64,000 nt of DNA from Antedon mediterranea (taxonomy: Eukaryota; Animalia; Echinodermata). This document shows, piece after piece, positions 1-13,000 of the stretch; position 1 is the stretch's first letter, and every line of letters begins with the position of its first letter. Location of the stretch: NCBI RefSeq assembly GCF_964355755.1, contig NC_092670.1, forward strand, positions 27,950,388 through 28,014,387, written 5' to 3'. Made by a program: the position numbers and the translations under genes. The notes under the pieces were generated by a model. The model was not told the DNA's origin. It saw only the letters and a list, made by a program, of their open reading frames with translations, and searched no databases.

Positions 1-176
1 TTGGTGTTTTTGTGTAACCAAGTTTTTTCGAAAATCACAAAAGGGTCTAAAATGTCTCAAAATGCGATTTGAAGCTATTCTGTACACTTTGATGTTTTTT
101 TGTTAACAAGTTTTTTCGAAAGTCACAAAATGGTCTAAAACGTCTCCAAATGCGATTTGAAGCTATTCTAAGCACT

Positions 177-1460
177 TTGCTGTATTGTGTGAATAATTTT
201 TGTCGAAATGCTCAAAATGGTCAAAAACGTTTTTAAATACGATATTAAGCTATTTTGTGCTCTTTGATGTTTTTGTGTGAAAAGTTTTATCGAAATGCTC
301 AAAATGGTCTAAAACGGTTTCTAATGTGATTTTAAGCACTTTGATGTTTTTATGTTAACAACTTTTTTAGAAAATCACAAAATGGTCTAAAACGTCTCCA
401 AATGCGATTTGAAGCAATTCTAAGCACTTTGGTGTTTTTATGGTAACGAGTTTTTTTGAATATCACAAAATGGTCTAAAATGTCTCCAAATGCGATTTGA
501 AGCTTTTCTAAGCACTTTGGTGTTTTTATGTTAACAAGTTTTTTCGAAAATCACAAAATGGTCTAAAACGTCTCCAAATGCGATTTGAAGCTATTCTGTA
601 CACTTTGCTGTTTTGTGTGAATAATTTTTGTCGAAATGCTCAAAATGGTCAAAAACGTTTTTAAATACGATATTAAGCTATTTTGTGCTCTTTTATGTTT
701 TTGTGTGAAAAGTTTTATCGAAATGCTCAAAATGGTCTAAAACGGTTTCTAATGTGATTTTAAGCACTTTGATGTTTTTATGTTAACAACTTTTTTAGAA
801 AATCACAAAATGGTCTAAAACGTCTCCAAATGCGATTTGAAGCAATTCTAAGCACTTTGGTGTTTTTATGGTAACGAGTTTTTTTGAATATCACAAAATG
901 GTCTAAAATGTCTCCAAATGCGATTTGAAGCTTTTCTAAGCACTTTGGTGTTTTTATGGTAACGAGTTATTTCGAAAATCACAAAATGGTCTAAAACGTC
1001 TCCAAATGCGATTTGAAGCTATTCTGTACACTTTGCGGTTTTGTGTGAATAATTTTTGTCAAAATGCTCAAAATGGTCAAAAACGTTTTTAAATACTATA
1101 TTAAGCTATTTTGTGCTCTTTGATGTTTTTGTGTGAAAAGTTTTATCGAAATGCTCAAAATGGTCTAAAACGGTTTCTAATGTGATTTTAAGCACTTTGA
1201 TGTTTTTATGTTAACAACTTTTTTAGAAAATTACAAAATGGTGTAAAACGTCTCCAAATGCGATTTGAAGCTATTCTAAGCAATTTGGTGTTTTTATGTT
1301 AACAAGTTTTTTCGAAAATCACAAAATGGTCTAAAACGTCTCCAAATGCGATTTGAAGCTATTATAAGCACTTTTGTGTTTTTATGTTAACAAGTTTTTT
1401 CGAAAATCACAAAATGGTCTAAAATGTCTCCAAATGCGATTTGAAGCTTTTCTAAGCACT
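177..1460 (+). repeat. Local 428-bp higher-order unit (B+C+3A) in tandem
   Basis: B starts at 177, 605 and 1033, a spacing of 428 = 87+77+3x88. The first two copies share the GGTAACGAG/TGAATATC monomer. Confidence 0.9.
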
Positions 1461-4419
1461 TTTGTGTTTTTATGTTTACAAGTTTTTTCGAAAATCACAA
1501 AATGGTCTAAAACGTCTCCAAATGCGATTTGAAGCTATTCTGTACACTTTGCTGTTTTGTGTGAATAATTTTTGTCAAAATGCTCAAAATGGTCTAAAAC
1601 GTTTTTAAATACTATATTAAGCTATTTTGTGTTCTTTGATGTTTTTATGTGAAAAGTTTTATCGAAATGCTCAAAATGGTCTAAAACGGTTTCTAATGTG
1701 ATTTTAAGAACTTTGATGTTTTTATGTTAAAAACTTTTTTAGAAAATCACAAAATGGTCTAAAACGTCTCCAAATGCGATTTGAAGCAATTCTAAGCACT
1801 TTGGTGTTTTTATGTTAACACGTTTTTTCGAAAATCACAAAATGGTCTAAAACGTCTCCAAATGCGATTTGAAGCTATTCTAAGCACTTTTGTGTTTTTA
1901 TGTTAACAAGTTTTTTCGAAAATCACAAAATGGTCTAAAATGTCTCCAAATGCGATTTTAAGGTATTCTAAGCACTTTGGTGTTTTTATGTTAACAAGTT
2001 TTTTTGAAAATCACAAAATGGTCTAAAACGTCTACAAATGCGATTTGAAGCTATTCTAAGCACTTTGGTGTTTTTATGTTAACAAGTTTTTTCGAAAATC
2101 ACAAAATGGTATAAAACGTCTCCAAATGCGATTTGAAGATTTTCTAAGCACTTTGGTGTTTTTATGTTTACAAGTTTTTTCGAAAATCACAAAATGGTCT
2201 AAAACGTCTCCAAATGCGATTTGAAGCTATTCTGTACACTTTGCTGTTTTGTGTGAATAATTTTGTCAAAATGCTCAAAATGGTCAAAAACGTTTTTAAA
2301 TACTATATTAAGCTATTTTGTGTTCTTTGATGTTTTTGTGTGAAAAGTTTTATCGAAATGCTCAAAATGGTCTAAAACGGTTTCTAATGAAATGATTTTA
2401 AGAACTTTGATGTTTTTATGTTAACAACTTTTTTAGAAAATCACAAAATGGTCTAAAACGTCTCCAAATGCGATTTGAAGCAATTCTAAGCACTTTGGTG
2501 TTTTTATGTTAACAAGTTTTTTCGAAAATCACAAAATGGTATAAAACCTCTCCAAATACGATTTTAAGGTATTCTAAGCACTTTGGTGTTTTTATGTTAA
2601 CAAGTTTGTTCGAAAATCACAAAATGGTCTAAAACGTCTACAAATGCGATTTGAAGCTATTCTAAGCACTTTGGTGTTTTTATGTTAACAAGTTTTTTCG
2701 AAAATCACAAAATGGTATAAAACGTCTCCAAATGAGATTTTAAGGTATTCTAAGCACTTTGGTGTTTTTATGTTAACAAGTTTTTTCGAAAATCACAAAA
2801 TGGTCTAAAACGTCTACAAATGCGATTTGAAGCTATTCTAAGCACTTTGGTGTTTTTATGTTAACAAGTTTTTTCGAAAATCACAAAATGGTATAAAACG
2901 TCTCCAAATGCGATTTTAAGCTATTCTAAGCAATTTGGTGTTTTTATGTTAACAAGTTTTTTCGAAAATCACAAAATGGTCGAAAATGTCACAAAATGCG
3001 ATTTGAAGCTATTCTAAGCACTTTGGTGTTATTATGTTAACAAGTTTTTTCGAAAATCACAAATTGGTCTAAAACGTCTCCAAATGCGATTTGAAGCTAT
3101 TTTAAGCACTTTGGTGTTTTTGTGTAACCAAGTTTTTTCGAAAATCACAAAAGGGTCTAAAATGTCTATAAATGCGATTTGAAGCTATTCTGTACACTTT
3201 GATGTTTTTTTGTTAACAAGTTTTTTCGAAAGTCACAAAATGGTCTAAAACGTCTCCAAATGCGATTTGAAGCTATTCTAAGCACTTTGGTGTTTTTATG
3301 TTAACAAGTTTTTTCGAAAATCACAAAATGGTGTAAAACGTCTCCAAATGCGATTTGAAGCTATTCTAAGCACTTTGGTGTTTTTATGTTAACAAGTTTT
3401 TTCGAAAATCACAAAATGGTGTAAAACTTCTCCAAATACGATTTTAAGCTATTCTAAGCAATTTGGTGTTTTTATGTTAACAAGTTTTTTCGAAAATCAC
3501 AAAATGGTCTAAAACGTCTCCAAATGCGATTTGAAGCTATTCTGTACACTTTGCTGTTTTGTGTGAATAATTTTTGTTGAAATGCTCAAAATGGTCAAAA
3601 ACGTTTTTAAATACTATATTAAGCTATTTTGTGTTCTTTGATGTTTTTGTGTGAAAAGTTTTATCGAAATGCTCAAAATGGTCTAAAACGGTTTCTAATG
3701 TGATTTTAAGCACTTTGGTGTTTTTATGTTAACAAGTTTTTTCGAAAATCACAAAATGGTCTAAAATGTCTCCAAATGCGATTTGAAGCTTTTCTAAGCA
3801 CTTTGGTGTTTTTATGTTAACAAGTTTTTTCGAAAATCACAAAATGGTCTAAAACGTCTCCAAATGTGATTTGAAGCTATTCTAAACACTTTGGTGTTTT
3901 TATGTTAACAAGTTTTTTCGAAAATCACAAATTGGTCTAAAACGTCTCCAAATGCGATTTTAAGCTATTTTAAGCACTTTGGTGTTTTTGTGTAACCAAG
4001 TTTTTTCGAAAATCACAAAAGGGTCTAAAATGTCTCAAAATGCGATTTGAAGCTATTCTGTACACTTTGATGTTTTTTTGTTAACAAGTTTTTTCGAAAG
4101 TCACAAAATGGTCTAAAAAGTCTCCAAATGCGATTTGAAGCTATTCTAAGCACTTTGGTGTTTTTATGTTAACAAGTTTTATCGAAAATCACAAAATGGT
4201 GTAAAACGTCTCCAAATGCGATTTGAAGCTATTCTAAGCACTTTGGTGTTTTTATGTTAACAAGTTTTTTTCGAAAATCACAAAATGGTGTAAAACGTCT
4301 CCAAATGCGATTTTAAGCTATTCTAAGCAATTTGGTGTTTTTATGTTAACAAGTTTTTTCGAAAATCACAAAATGGTCTAAAACGTCTCCAAATGCGATT
4401 TGAAGCTATTCTGTACACT

Positions 4420-4506
4420 TTGCTGTTTTGTGAGAATAATTTTTGTCGAAATGCTCAAAATGGTCAAAAACGTTTTTAAATACGATATTAAGCTATTTTG
4501 TGCTCT
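4420..4506 (+). repeat. Example of variant monomer B (87 bp)
   Basis: TTGCTGTTTTGTG(T/A)GAATAATTTTTGTCGAAATGCTCAAAATGGTCAAAAACGTTTTTAAATACGATATTAAGCTATTTTGTGCTCT aligns end to end with A but has many fixed differences. Other copies start at 177, 605, 1033 and 1549. Confidence 0.95.
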
Positions 4507-4583
4507 TTGATGTTTTTGTGTGAAAAGTTTTATCGAAATGCTCAAAATGGTCTAAAACGGTTTCTAATGTGATTTTAAGCACT
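4507..4583 (+). repeat. Example of variant monomer C (77 bp), always directly after B
   Basis: TTGATGTTTTTGTGTGAAAAGTTTTATCGAAATGCTCAAAATGGTCTAAAACGGTTTCTAATGTGATTTTAAGCACT is 11 bp shorter than A: a 10-bp loss in AAGC-TATTCT-AAGC plus 1 bp near the 5' end. Confidence 0.95.
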
Positions 4584-5111
4584 TTGATGTTTTTATGTTA
4601 ACAACTTTTTTAGAAAATTACAAAATGGTGTAAAACGTCTCCAAATGCGATTTGAAGCTATTCTAAGCAATTTCGTGTTTTTATGTTAACAAGTTTTTTC
4701 GAAAATCACAAAATGGTCTAAAACGTCTCCAAATGCGATTTGAAGCTATTCTAAGCACTTTTGTGTTTTTATGTTAACAAGTTTTTTCGAAAATCACAAA
4801 ATGGTCTAAAATGTCTCCAAATGCGATTTTAAGGTATTCTAAGCACTTTGGTGTTTTTATGTTAACAAGTTTTTTCGAAAATCACAAAATGGTCTAAAAC
4901 GTCTACAAATGCGATTTGAAGCTATTCTAAGCACTTTGGTGTTTTTATGTTAACAAGTTTTTTCGAAAATTACAAAATGGTATAAAACGTCTCCAAATGC
5001 GATTTGAAGATTTTCTAAGCACTTTGGTGTTTTTATGTTTACAAGTTTTTTCGAAAATCACAAAATGGTCTAAAACGTCTCCAAATGCGATTTGAAGCTA
5101 TTCTGTACACT

Positions 5112-6323
5112 TTGCTGTTTTGTGTGAATAATTTTGTCAAAATGCTCAAAATGGTCAAAAACGTTTTTAAATACTATATTAAGCTATTTTGTGTTCTTTG
5201 ATGTTTTTGTGTGAAAAGTTTTATCGAAATGCTCAAAATGGTCTAAAACGGTTTCTAATGAAATGATTTTAAGAACTTTGATGTTTTTATGTTAACAACT
5301 TTTTTAGAAAATCACAAAATGGTCTAAAACGTCTCCAAATGCGATTTGAAGCAATTCTAAGCACTTTGGTGTTTTTATGTTAACAAGTTTTTTCGAAAAT
5401 CACAAAATGGTATAAAACCTCTCCAAATGCGATTTTAAGGTATTCTAAGCACTTTGGTGTTTTTATGTTAACAAGTTTTTTCGAAAATCACAAAATGGTC
5501 TAAAACGTCTACAAATGCGATTTGAAGCTATTCTAAGCACTTTGGTGTTTTTATGTTAACAAGTTTTTTCGAAAATCACAAAATGGTATAAAACGTCTCC
5601 AAATGAGATTTTAAGGTATTCTAAGCACTTTGGTGTTTTTATGTTAACAAGTTTTTTCGAAAATCACAAAATGGTCTAAAACGTCTCCAAATGCGATTTG
5701 AAGCTATTCTGTACACTTTGCTGTTTTGTGTGAATAATTTTGTCAAAATGCTCAAAATGGTCAAAAACGTTTTTAAATACTATATTAAGCTATTTTGTGT
5801 TCTTTCATGTTTTTGTGTGAAAAGTTTTATCGAAATGCTCAAAATGGTCTAAAACGGTTTCTAATGAAATGATTTTAAGAACTTTGATGTTTTTATGTTA
5901 ACAACTTTTTTAGAAAATCACAAAATGGTCTAAAACGTCTCCAAATGCGATTTGAAGCAATTCTAAGCACTTTGGTGTTTTTATGTTAACAAGTTTTTTC
6001 GAAAATCACAAAATGGTATAAAACCTCTCCAAATGCGATTTTAAGGTATTCTAAGCACTTTGGTGTTTTTATGTTAACAAGTTTTTTCGAAAATCACAAA
6101 ATGGTCTAAAACGTCTACAAATGCGATTTGAAGCTATTCTAAGCACTTTGGTGTTTTTATGTTAACAAGTTTTTTCGAAAATAACAAAATGGTATAAAAC
6201 GTCTCCAAATGAGATTTTAAGGTATTCTAAGCACTTTGGTGTTTTTATGTTAACAAGTTTTTTCGAAAATCACAAAATGGTCTAAAACGTCTACAAATGC
6301 GATTTGAAGCTATTCTAAGCACT
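5112..6323 (+). repeat. Local 606-bp tandem duplication (short B 86 + long C 80 + 5A)
   Basis: B starts at 5112 and 5718. Both copies carry CTAATGAAATG, AAACCTCTCC and AAATGAGATT in the same order. Confidence 0.88.
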
Positions 6324-6540
6324 TTGGTGTTTTTATGTTAACAAGTTTTTTCGAAAATCACAAAATGGTATAAAACGTCTCCAAATGCGATTTTAAGCTA
6401 TTCTAAGCAATTTGGTGTTTTTATGTTAACAAGTTTTTTCGAAAATCACAAAATGGTCGAAAATGTCACAAAATGCGATTTGAAGCTATTCTAAGCACTT
6501 TGGTGTTATTATGTTAACAAGTTTTTTCGAAAATCACAAA

Positions 6541-7980
6541 TTGGTCTAAAACGTCTCCAAATGCGATTTGAAGCTATTTTAAGCACTTTGGTGTTTTTGT
6601 GTAACCAAGTTTTTTCGAAAATCACAAAAGGGTCTAAAATGTCTCAAAATGCGATTTGAAGCTATTCTGTACACTTTGATGTTTTTTTGTTAACAAGTTT
6701 TTTCGAAAGTCACAAAATGGTCTAAAACGTCTCCAAATGCGATTTGAAGCTATTCTAAGCACTTTGGTGTTTTTATGTTAACAAGTTTTTTCGAAAATCA
6801 CAAAATGGTGTAAAACGTCTCCAAATGCGATTTGAAGCTATTCTAAGCACTTTGGTGTTTTTATGTTAACAAGTTTTTTCGAAAATCACAAAATGGTGTA
6901 AAACTTCTCCAAATACGATTTTAAGCTATTCTAAGCAATTTGGTGTTTTTATGTTAACAAGTTTTTTCGAAAATCACAAAATGGTCTAAAACGTCTCCAA
7001 ATGCGATTTGAAGTTATTCTGTACACTTTGCTGTTTTGTGAGAATAATTTTTGTCGAAATGCTCAAAATGGTCAAAAACGTTTTTAAATACGATATTAAG
7101 CTATTTTGTGCTCTTTGATGTTTTTGTGTGAAAAGTTTTATCGAAATGCTCAAAATGGTCTAAAACGGTTTCTAATGTGATTTTAAGCACTTTGGTGTTT
7201 TTATGTTAACAAGTTTTTTCGAAAATCACAAAATGGTCTAAAACGTCTCCAAATGTGATTTGAAGCTATTCTAAACACTTTGGTGTTTTTATGTTAACAA
7301 GTTTTTTCGAAAATCACAAATTGGTCTAAAACGTCTCCAAATGCGATTTGAAGCTATTTTAAGCACTTTGGTGTTTTTGTGTAACCAAGTTTTTTCGAAA
7401 ATCACAAAAGGGTCTAAAATGTCTCAAAATGCGATTTGAAGCTATTCTGTACACTTTGATGTTTTTTTGTTAACAAGTTTTTTCGAAAGTCACAAAATGG
7501 TCTAAAACGTCTCCAAATGCGATTTGAAGCTATTCTAAGCACTTTGGTGTTTTTATGTTAACAAGTTTTTTCGAAAATCACAAAATGGTGTAAAACGTCT
7601 CCAAATGCGATTTGAAGCTATTCTAAGCACTTTGGTGTTTTTATGTTAACAAGTTTTTTCGAAAATCACAAAATGGTGTAAAACTTCTCCAAATACGATT
7701 TTAAGCTATTCTAAGCAATTTGGTGTTTTTATGTTAACAAGTTTTTTCGAAAATCACAAAATGGTCTAAAACGTCTCCAAATGCGATTTGAAGCTATTCT
7801 GTACACTTTGCTGTTTTGTGTGAATAATTTTTGTTGAAATGCTCAAAATGGTCAAAAACGTTTTTAAATACTATATTAAGCTATTTTGTGTTCTTTGATG
7901 TTTTTGTGTGAAAAGTTTTATCGAAATGCTCAAAATGGTCTAAAACGGTTTCTAATGTGATTTTAAGCACTTTGATGTTT
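6541..7980 (+). repeat. Local 780-bp higher-order unit (7A+B+C) in tandem
   Basis: The sequence from 6541 is repeated from 7321 (offset 780 = 7x88+164). The same offset is seen at 12781/13561 and 33181/33961. Confidence 0.9.
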
Positions 7981-10049
7981 TTATGTTAATAACTTTTTTA
8001 GAAAATCACAAAATGGTCTAAAACGTCTCCAAATGCGATTTGAAGCAATTCTAAGCACTTTGGTGTTTTTATGTTAACAAGTTTTTTCGAAAATCACAAA
8101 ATGGTATAAAACGTCTCCAAATGCGATTTTAAGGTATTCTAAGCACTTTGGTGTTTTTATGTTAACAACTTTTTTAGAAAATCACAAAATGGTCTAAAAC
8201 GTCTCCAAATGCGATTTGAAGCAATTCTAAGCACTTTGGTGTTTTTATGGTAACGAGTTATTTCGAAAATCACAAAATGGTCTAAAACGTCTCCAAATGC
8301 GATTTGAAGCAATTCTAAGCACTTTGGTGTTTTTATGGTAACGAGTTATTTCGAAAATCACAAAATGGTCTAAAACGTCTCCAAATGCGATTTGAAGCTA
8401 TTCTGTACACTTTGCTGTTTTGTGTGAATAATTTTTGTTGAAATGCTCAAAATGGTCAAAAACGTTTTTAAATACTATATTAAGCTATTTTGTGTTCTTT
8501 GATGTTTTTGTGTGAAAAGTTTTATCGAAATGCTCAAAATGGTCTAAAACGGTTTCTAATGTGATTTTAAGCACTTTGATGTTTTTATGTTAACAAGTTT
8601 TTTCGAAAATCACAAAATGGTCTAAAACGTCTACAAATGCGATTTGAAGCTATTCTAAGCACTTTGGTGTTTTTATGTTAACAAGTTTTTTCGAAAATCA
8701 CAAAATGGTATAAAACGTCTCCAAATGCGATTTTAAGCTATTCTAAGCAATTTGGTGTTTTTATGTTAACAAGTTTTTTCGAAAATCACAAAATGGTCGA
8801 AAATGTCACAAAATGCGATTTGAAGCTATTCTAAGCACTTTGGTGTTATTATGTTAACAAGTTTTTTCGAAAATCACAAATTGGTCTAAAACGTCTCCAA
8901 ATGCGATTTGAAGCTATTTTAAGCACTTTGGTGTTTTTGTGTAACCAAGTTTTTTCGAAAATCACAAAAGAGTCTAAAATGTCTCAAAATGCGATTTGAA
9001 GCTATTCTTTACACTTTGATGTTTTTATGTTAACAACTTTTTTAGAAAATCACAAAATGGTCTAAAACGTCTCCAAATGCGATTTGAAGCAATTCTAAGC
9101 ACTTTGGTGTTTTTATGGTAACGAGTTTTTTTGAATATCACAAAATGGTCTAAAATGTCTCCAAATGCGATTTGAAGCTTTTCTAAGCACTTTGGTGTTT
9201 TTATGTTAACAAGTTTTTTCGAAAATCACAAAATGGTCTAAAACGTCTCCAAATGCGATTTGAAGCTATTCTGTACACTTTGCTGTTTTGTGTGAATAAT
9301 TTTTGTCGAAATGCTCAAAATGGTCAAAAACGTTTTTAAATACGATATTAAGCTATTTTGTGCTCTTTGATGTTTTTGTGTGAAAAGTTTTATCGAAATG
9401 CTCAAAATGGTCTAAAACGGTTTCTAATGTGATTTTAAGCACTTTGATGTTTTTATGTTAACAACTTTTTTAGAAAATCACAAAATGGTCTAAAACGTCT
9501 CCAAATGCGATTTGAAGCAATTCTAAGCACTTTGGTGTTTTTATGGTAACGAGTTTTTTTGAATATCACAAAATGGTCTAAAACGTCTCCAAATGCGATT
9601 TGAAGCTTTTCTAAGCACTTTGGTGTTTTTATGTTTACAAGTTTTTTCGAAAATCACAAAATGGTCTAAAACGGCTCCAAATACGATTTGAAGCTATTCT
9701 AAGCACTTTGGTGTTTTTATGTTAACAAGTTTTTTCGAAAATCACAAAATGGTCTAAAACGTCTCCAAATGCGATTTGAAGCTATTCTAAGCACTTTGGT
9801 GTTTTTATGTTAACAAGTTTTTTCGAAAATCACAAAATGGTGTAAAACGTCTCCAAATGCGATTTGAAGCTATTCTAAGCAATTTTGTGTTTTTATGTTA
9901 ACAAGTTTTTTCGAAAATCACAAAATGGTCTAAAACGTCTCCAAATGCGATTTGAAGCTATTCTAAGCACTTTTGTGTTTTTATGTTAACAAGTTTTTTC
10001 GAAAATCACAAAATGGTCTAAAATGTCTCAAAATGCGATTTGAAGCTAT

Positions 10050-13000
10050 TCTGTACACTTTGCTGTTTTGTGTGAATAATTTTTGTCAAAATGCTCAAAA
10101 TGGTCAAAAACGTTTTTAAATACTATATTAAGCTATTTTGTGTTCTTTGATGTTTTTGTGTGAAAAGTTTTTTCGAAATGCTCAAAATGGTCTAAAACGG
10201 TTTCTAATGTGATTTTAAGCACTTTGATGTTTTTATGTTAACAACTTTTTTAGAAAATTACAAAATGGTCTAAAACGTCTCCAAATGCGATTTGAAGCAA
10301 TTCTAAGCACTTTGGTGTTTTTATGTTAACAAGTTTTTTCGAAAATCACAAAATGGTCTAAAACGTCTCCAAATGCGATTTGAAGCTATTCTGTACACTT
10401 TGCTGTTTTGTGTGAATAATTTTTGTTGAAATGCTCAAAATGGTCAAAAACGTTTTTAAATACGATATTAAGCTATTTTGTGCTCTTTGATGTTTTTGTG
10501 TGAAAAGTTTTATCGAAATGCTCAAAATGGTCTAAAACGGTTTCTAATGTGATTTTAAGCACTTTGGTGTTTTTATGTTAACAAGTTTTTTCGAAAATCA
10601 CAAAATGGTCTAAAATGTCTCCAAATGCGATTTGAAGCTTTTCTAAGCACTTTGGTGTTTTTATGTTAACAAGTTTTTTCGAAAATCACAAAATGGTCTA
10701 AAACGTCTCCAAATGTGATTTGAAGCTATTCTAAACACTTTGGTGTTTTTATGTTAACAAGTTTTTTCGAAAATCACAAATTGGTCTAAAACGTCTCCAA
10801 ATGCGATTTGAAGCTATTTTAAGCACTTTGGTGTTTTTGTGTAACCAAGTTTTTTCGAAAATCACAAAAGGGTCTAAAATGTCTCAAAATGCGATTTGAA
10901 GCTATTCTGTACACTTTGATGTTTTTTTGTTAACAAGTTTTTTCGAAAGTCACAAAATGGTCTAAAAAGTCTCCAAATGCGATTTGAAGCTATTCTAAGC
11001 ACTTTGGTGTTTTTATGTTAACAAGTTTTATCGAAAATCACAAAATGGTGTAAAACGTCTCCAAATGCGATTTGAAGCTATTCTAAGCACTTTGGTTTTT
11101 TATGTTAACAAGTTTTTTCGAAAATCACAAAATGGTGTAAAACGTCTCCAAATGCGATTTTAAGCTATTCTAAGCAATTTGGTGTTTTTATGTTAACAAG
11201 TTTTTTCGAAAATCACAAAATGGTCTAAAACGTCTCCAAATGCGATTTGAAGCTATTCTGTACACTTTGCTGTTTTGTGAGAATAATTTTTGTCGAAATG
11301 CTCAAAATGGTCAAAAACGTTTTTAAATACGATATTAAGCTATTTTGTGCTCTTTGATGTTTTTGTGTGAAAAGTTTTATCGAAATGCTCAAAATGGTCT
11401 AAAACGGTTTCTAATGTGATTTTAAGCACTTTGATGTTTTTATGTTAACAACTTTTTTAGAAAATTACAAAATGGTGTAAAACGTCTCCAAATGCGATTT
11501 GAAGCTATTCTAAGCAATTTCGTGTTTTTATGTTAACAAGTTTTTTCGAAAATCACAAAATGGTCTAAAACGTCTCCAAATGCGATTTGAAGCTATTCTA
11601 AGCACTTTTGTGTTTTTATGTTAACAAGTTTTTTCTAAAATCACAAAATGGTCTAAAATGTCTCCAAATGCGATTTTAAGGTATTCTAAGCACTTTGGTG
11701 TTTTTATGTTAACAAGTTTTTTCGAAAATCACAAAATGGTCTAAAACGTCTACAAATGCGATTTGAAGCTATTCTAAGCACTTTGGTGTTTTTATGTTAA
11801 CAAGTTTTTTCGAAAATCACAAAATGGTATAAAACGTCTCCAAATGCGATTTGAAGATTTTCTAAGCACTTTGGTGTTTTTATGTTTACAAGTTTTTTCG
11901 AAAATCACAAAATGGTCTAAAACGTCTCCAAATGCGATTTGAAGCTATTCCGTACACTTTGCTGTTTTGTGTGAATAATTTTGTCAAAATGCTCAAAATG
12001 GTCAAAAACGTTTTTAAATACTATATTAAGCTATTTTGTGTTCTTTGATGTTTTTGTGTGAAAAGTTTTATCGAAATGCTGAAAATGGTCTAAAACGGTT
12101 TCTAATGAAATGATTTTAAGAACTTTGATGTTTTTATGTTAACAACTTTTTTAGAAAATCACAAAATGGTCTAAAACGTCTCCAAATGCGATTTGAAGCA
12201 ATTCTAAGCACTTTGGTGTTTTTATGTTAACAAGTTTTTTCGAAAATCACAAAATGGTATAAAACCTCTCCAAATGCGATTTTAAGGTATTCTAAGCACT
12301 TTGGTGTTTTTATGTTAACAAGTTTTTTCGAAAACCACAAAATGGTATAAAACGTCTCCAAATGCGATTTGAAGCAATTCTAAGCACTTTGGTGTTTTTA
12401 TGTTAACAAGTTTTTTCGAAAATCACAAAATGGTATAAAACGTCTCCAAATGAGATTTTAAGGTATTCTAAGCACTTTGGTGTTTTTATGTTAACAAGTT
12501 TTTTCGAAAATCACAAAATGGTCTAAAACGTCTACAAATGCGATTTGAAGCTATTCTAAGCACTTTGGTGTTTTTATGTTAACAAGTTTTTTCGAAAATC
12601 ACAAAATGGTATAAAACGTCTCCAAATGCGATTTTAAGCTATTCTAAGCAATTTGGTGTTTTTATGTTAACAAGTTTTTTCGAAAATCACAAAATGGTCG
12701 AAAATGTCACAAAATGCGATTTGAAGCTATTCTAAGCACTTTGGTGTTATTATGTTAACAAGTTTTTTCGAAAATCACAAATTGGTCTAAAACGTCTCCA
12801 AATGCGATTTGAAGCTATTTTAAGCACTTTGGTGTTTTTGTGTAACCAAGTTTTTTCGAAAATCACAAAAGGGTCTAAAATGTCTCAAAATACGATTTGA
12901 AGCTATTCTGTACACTTTGATGTTTTTTTGTTAACAAGTTTTTTCGAAAGTCACAAAATGGTCTAAAACGTCTCCAAATGCGATTTGAAGCTATTCTAAG

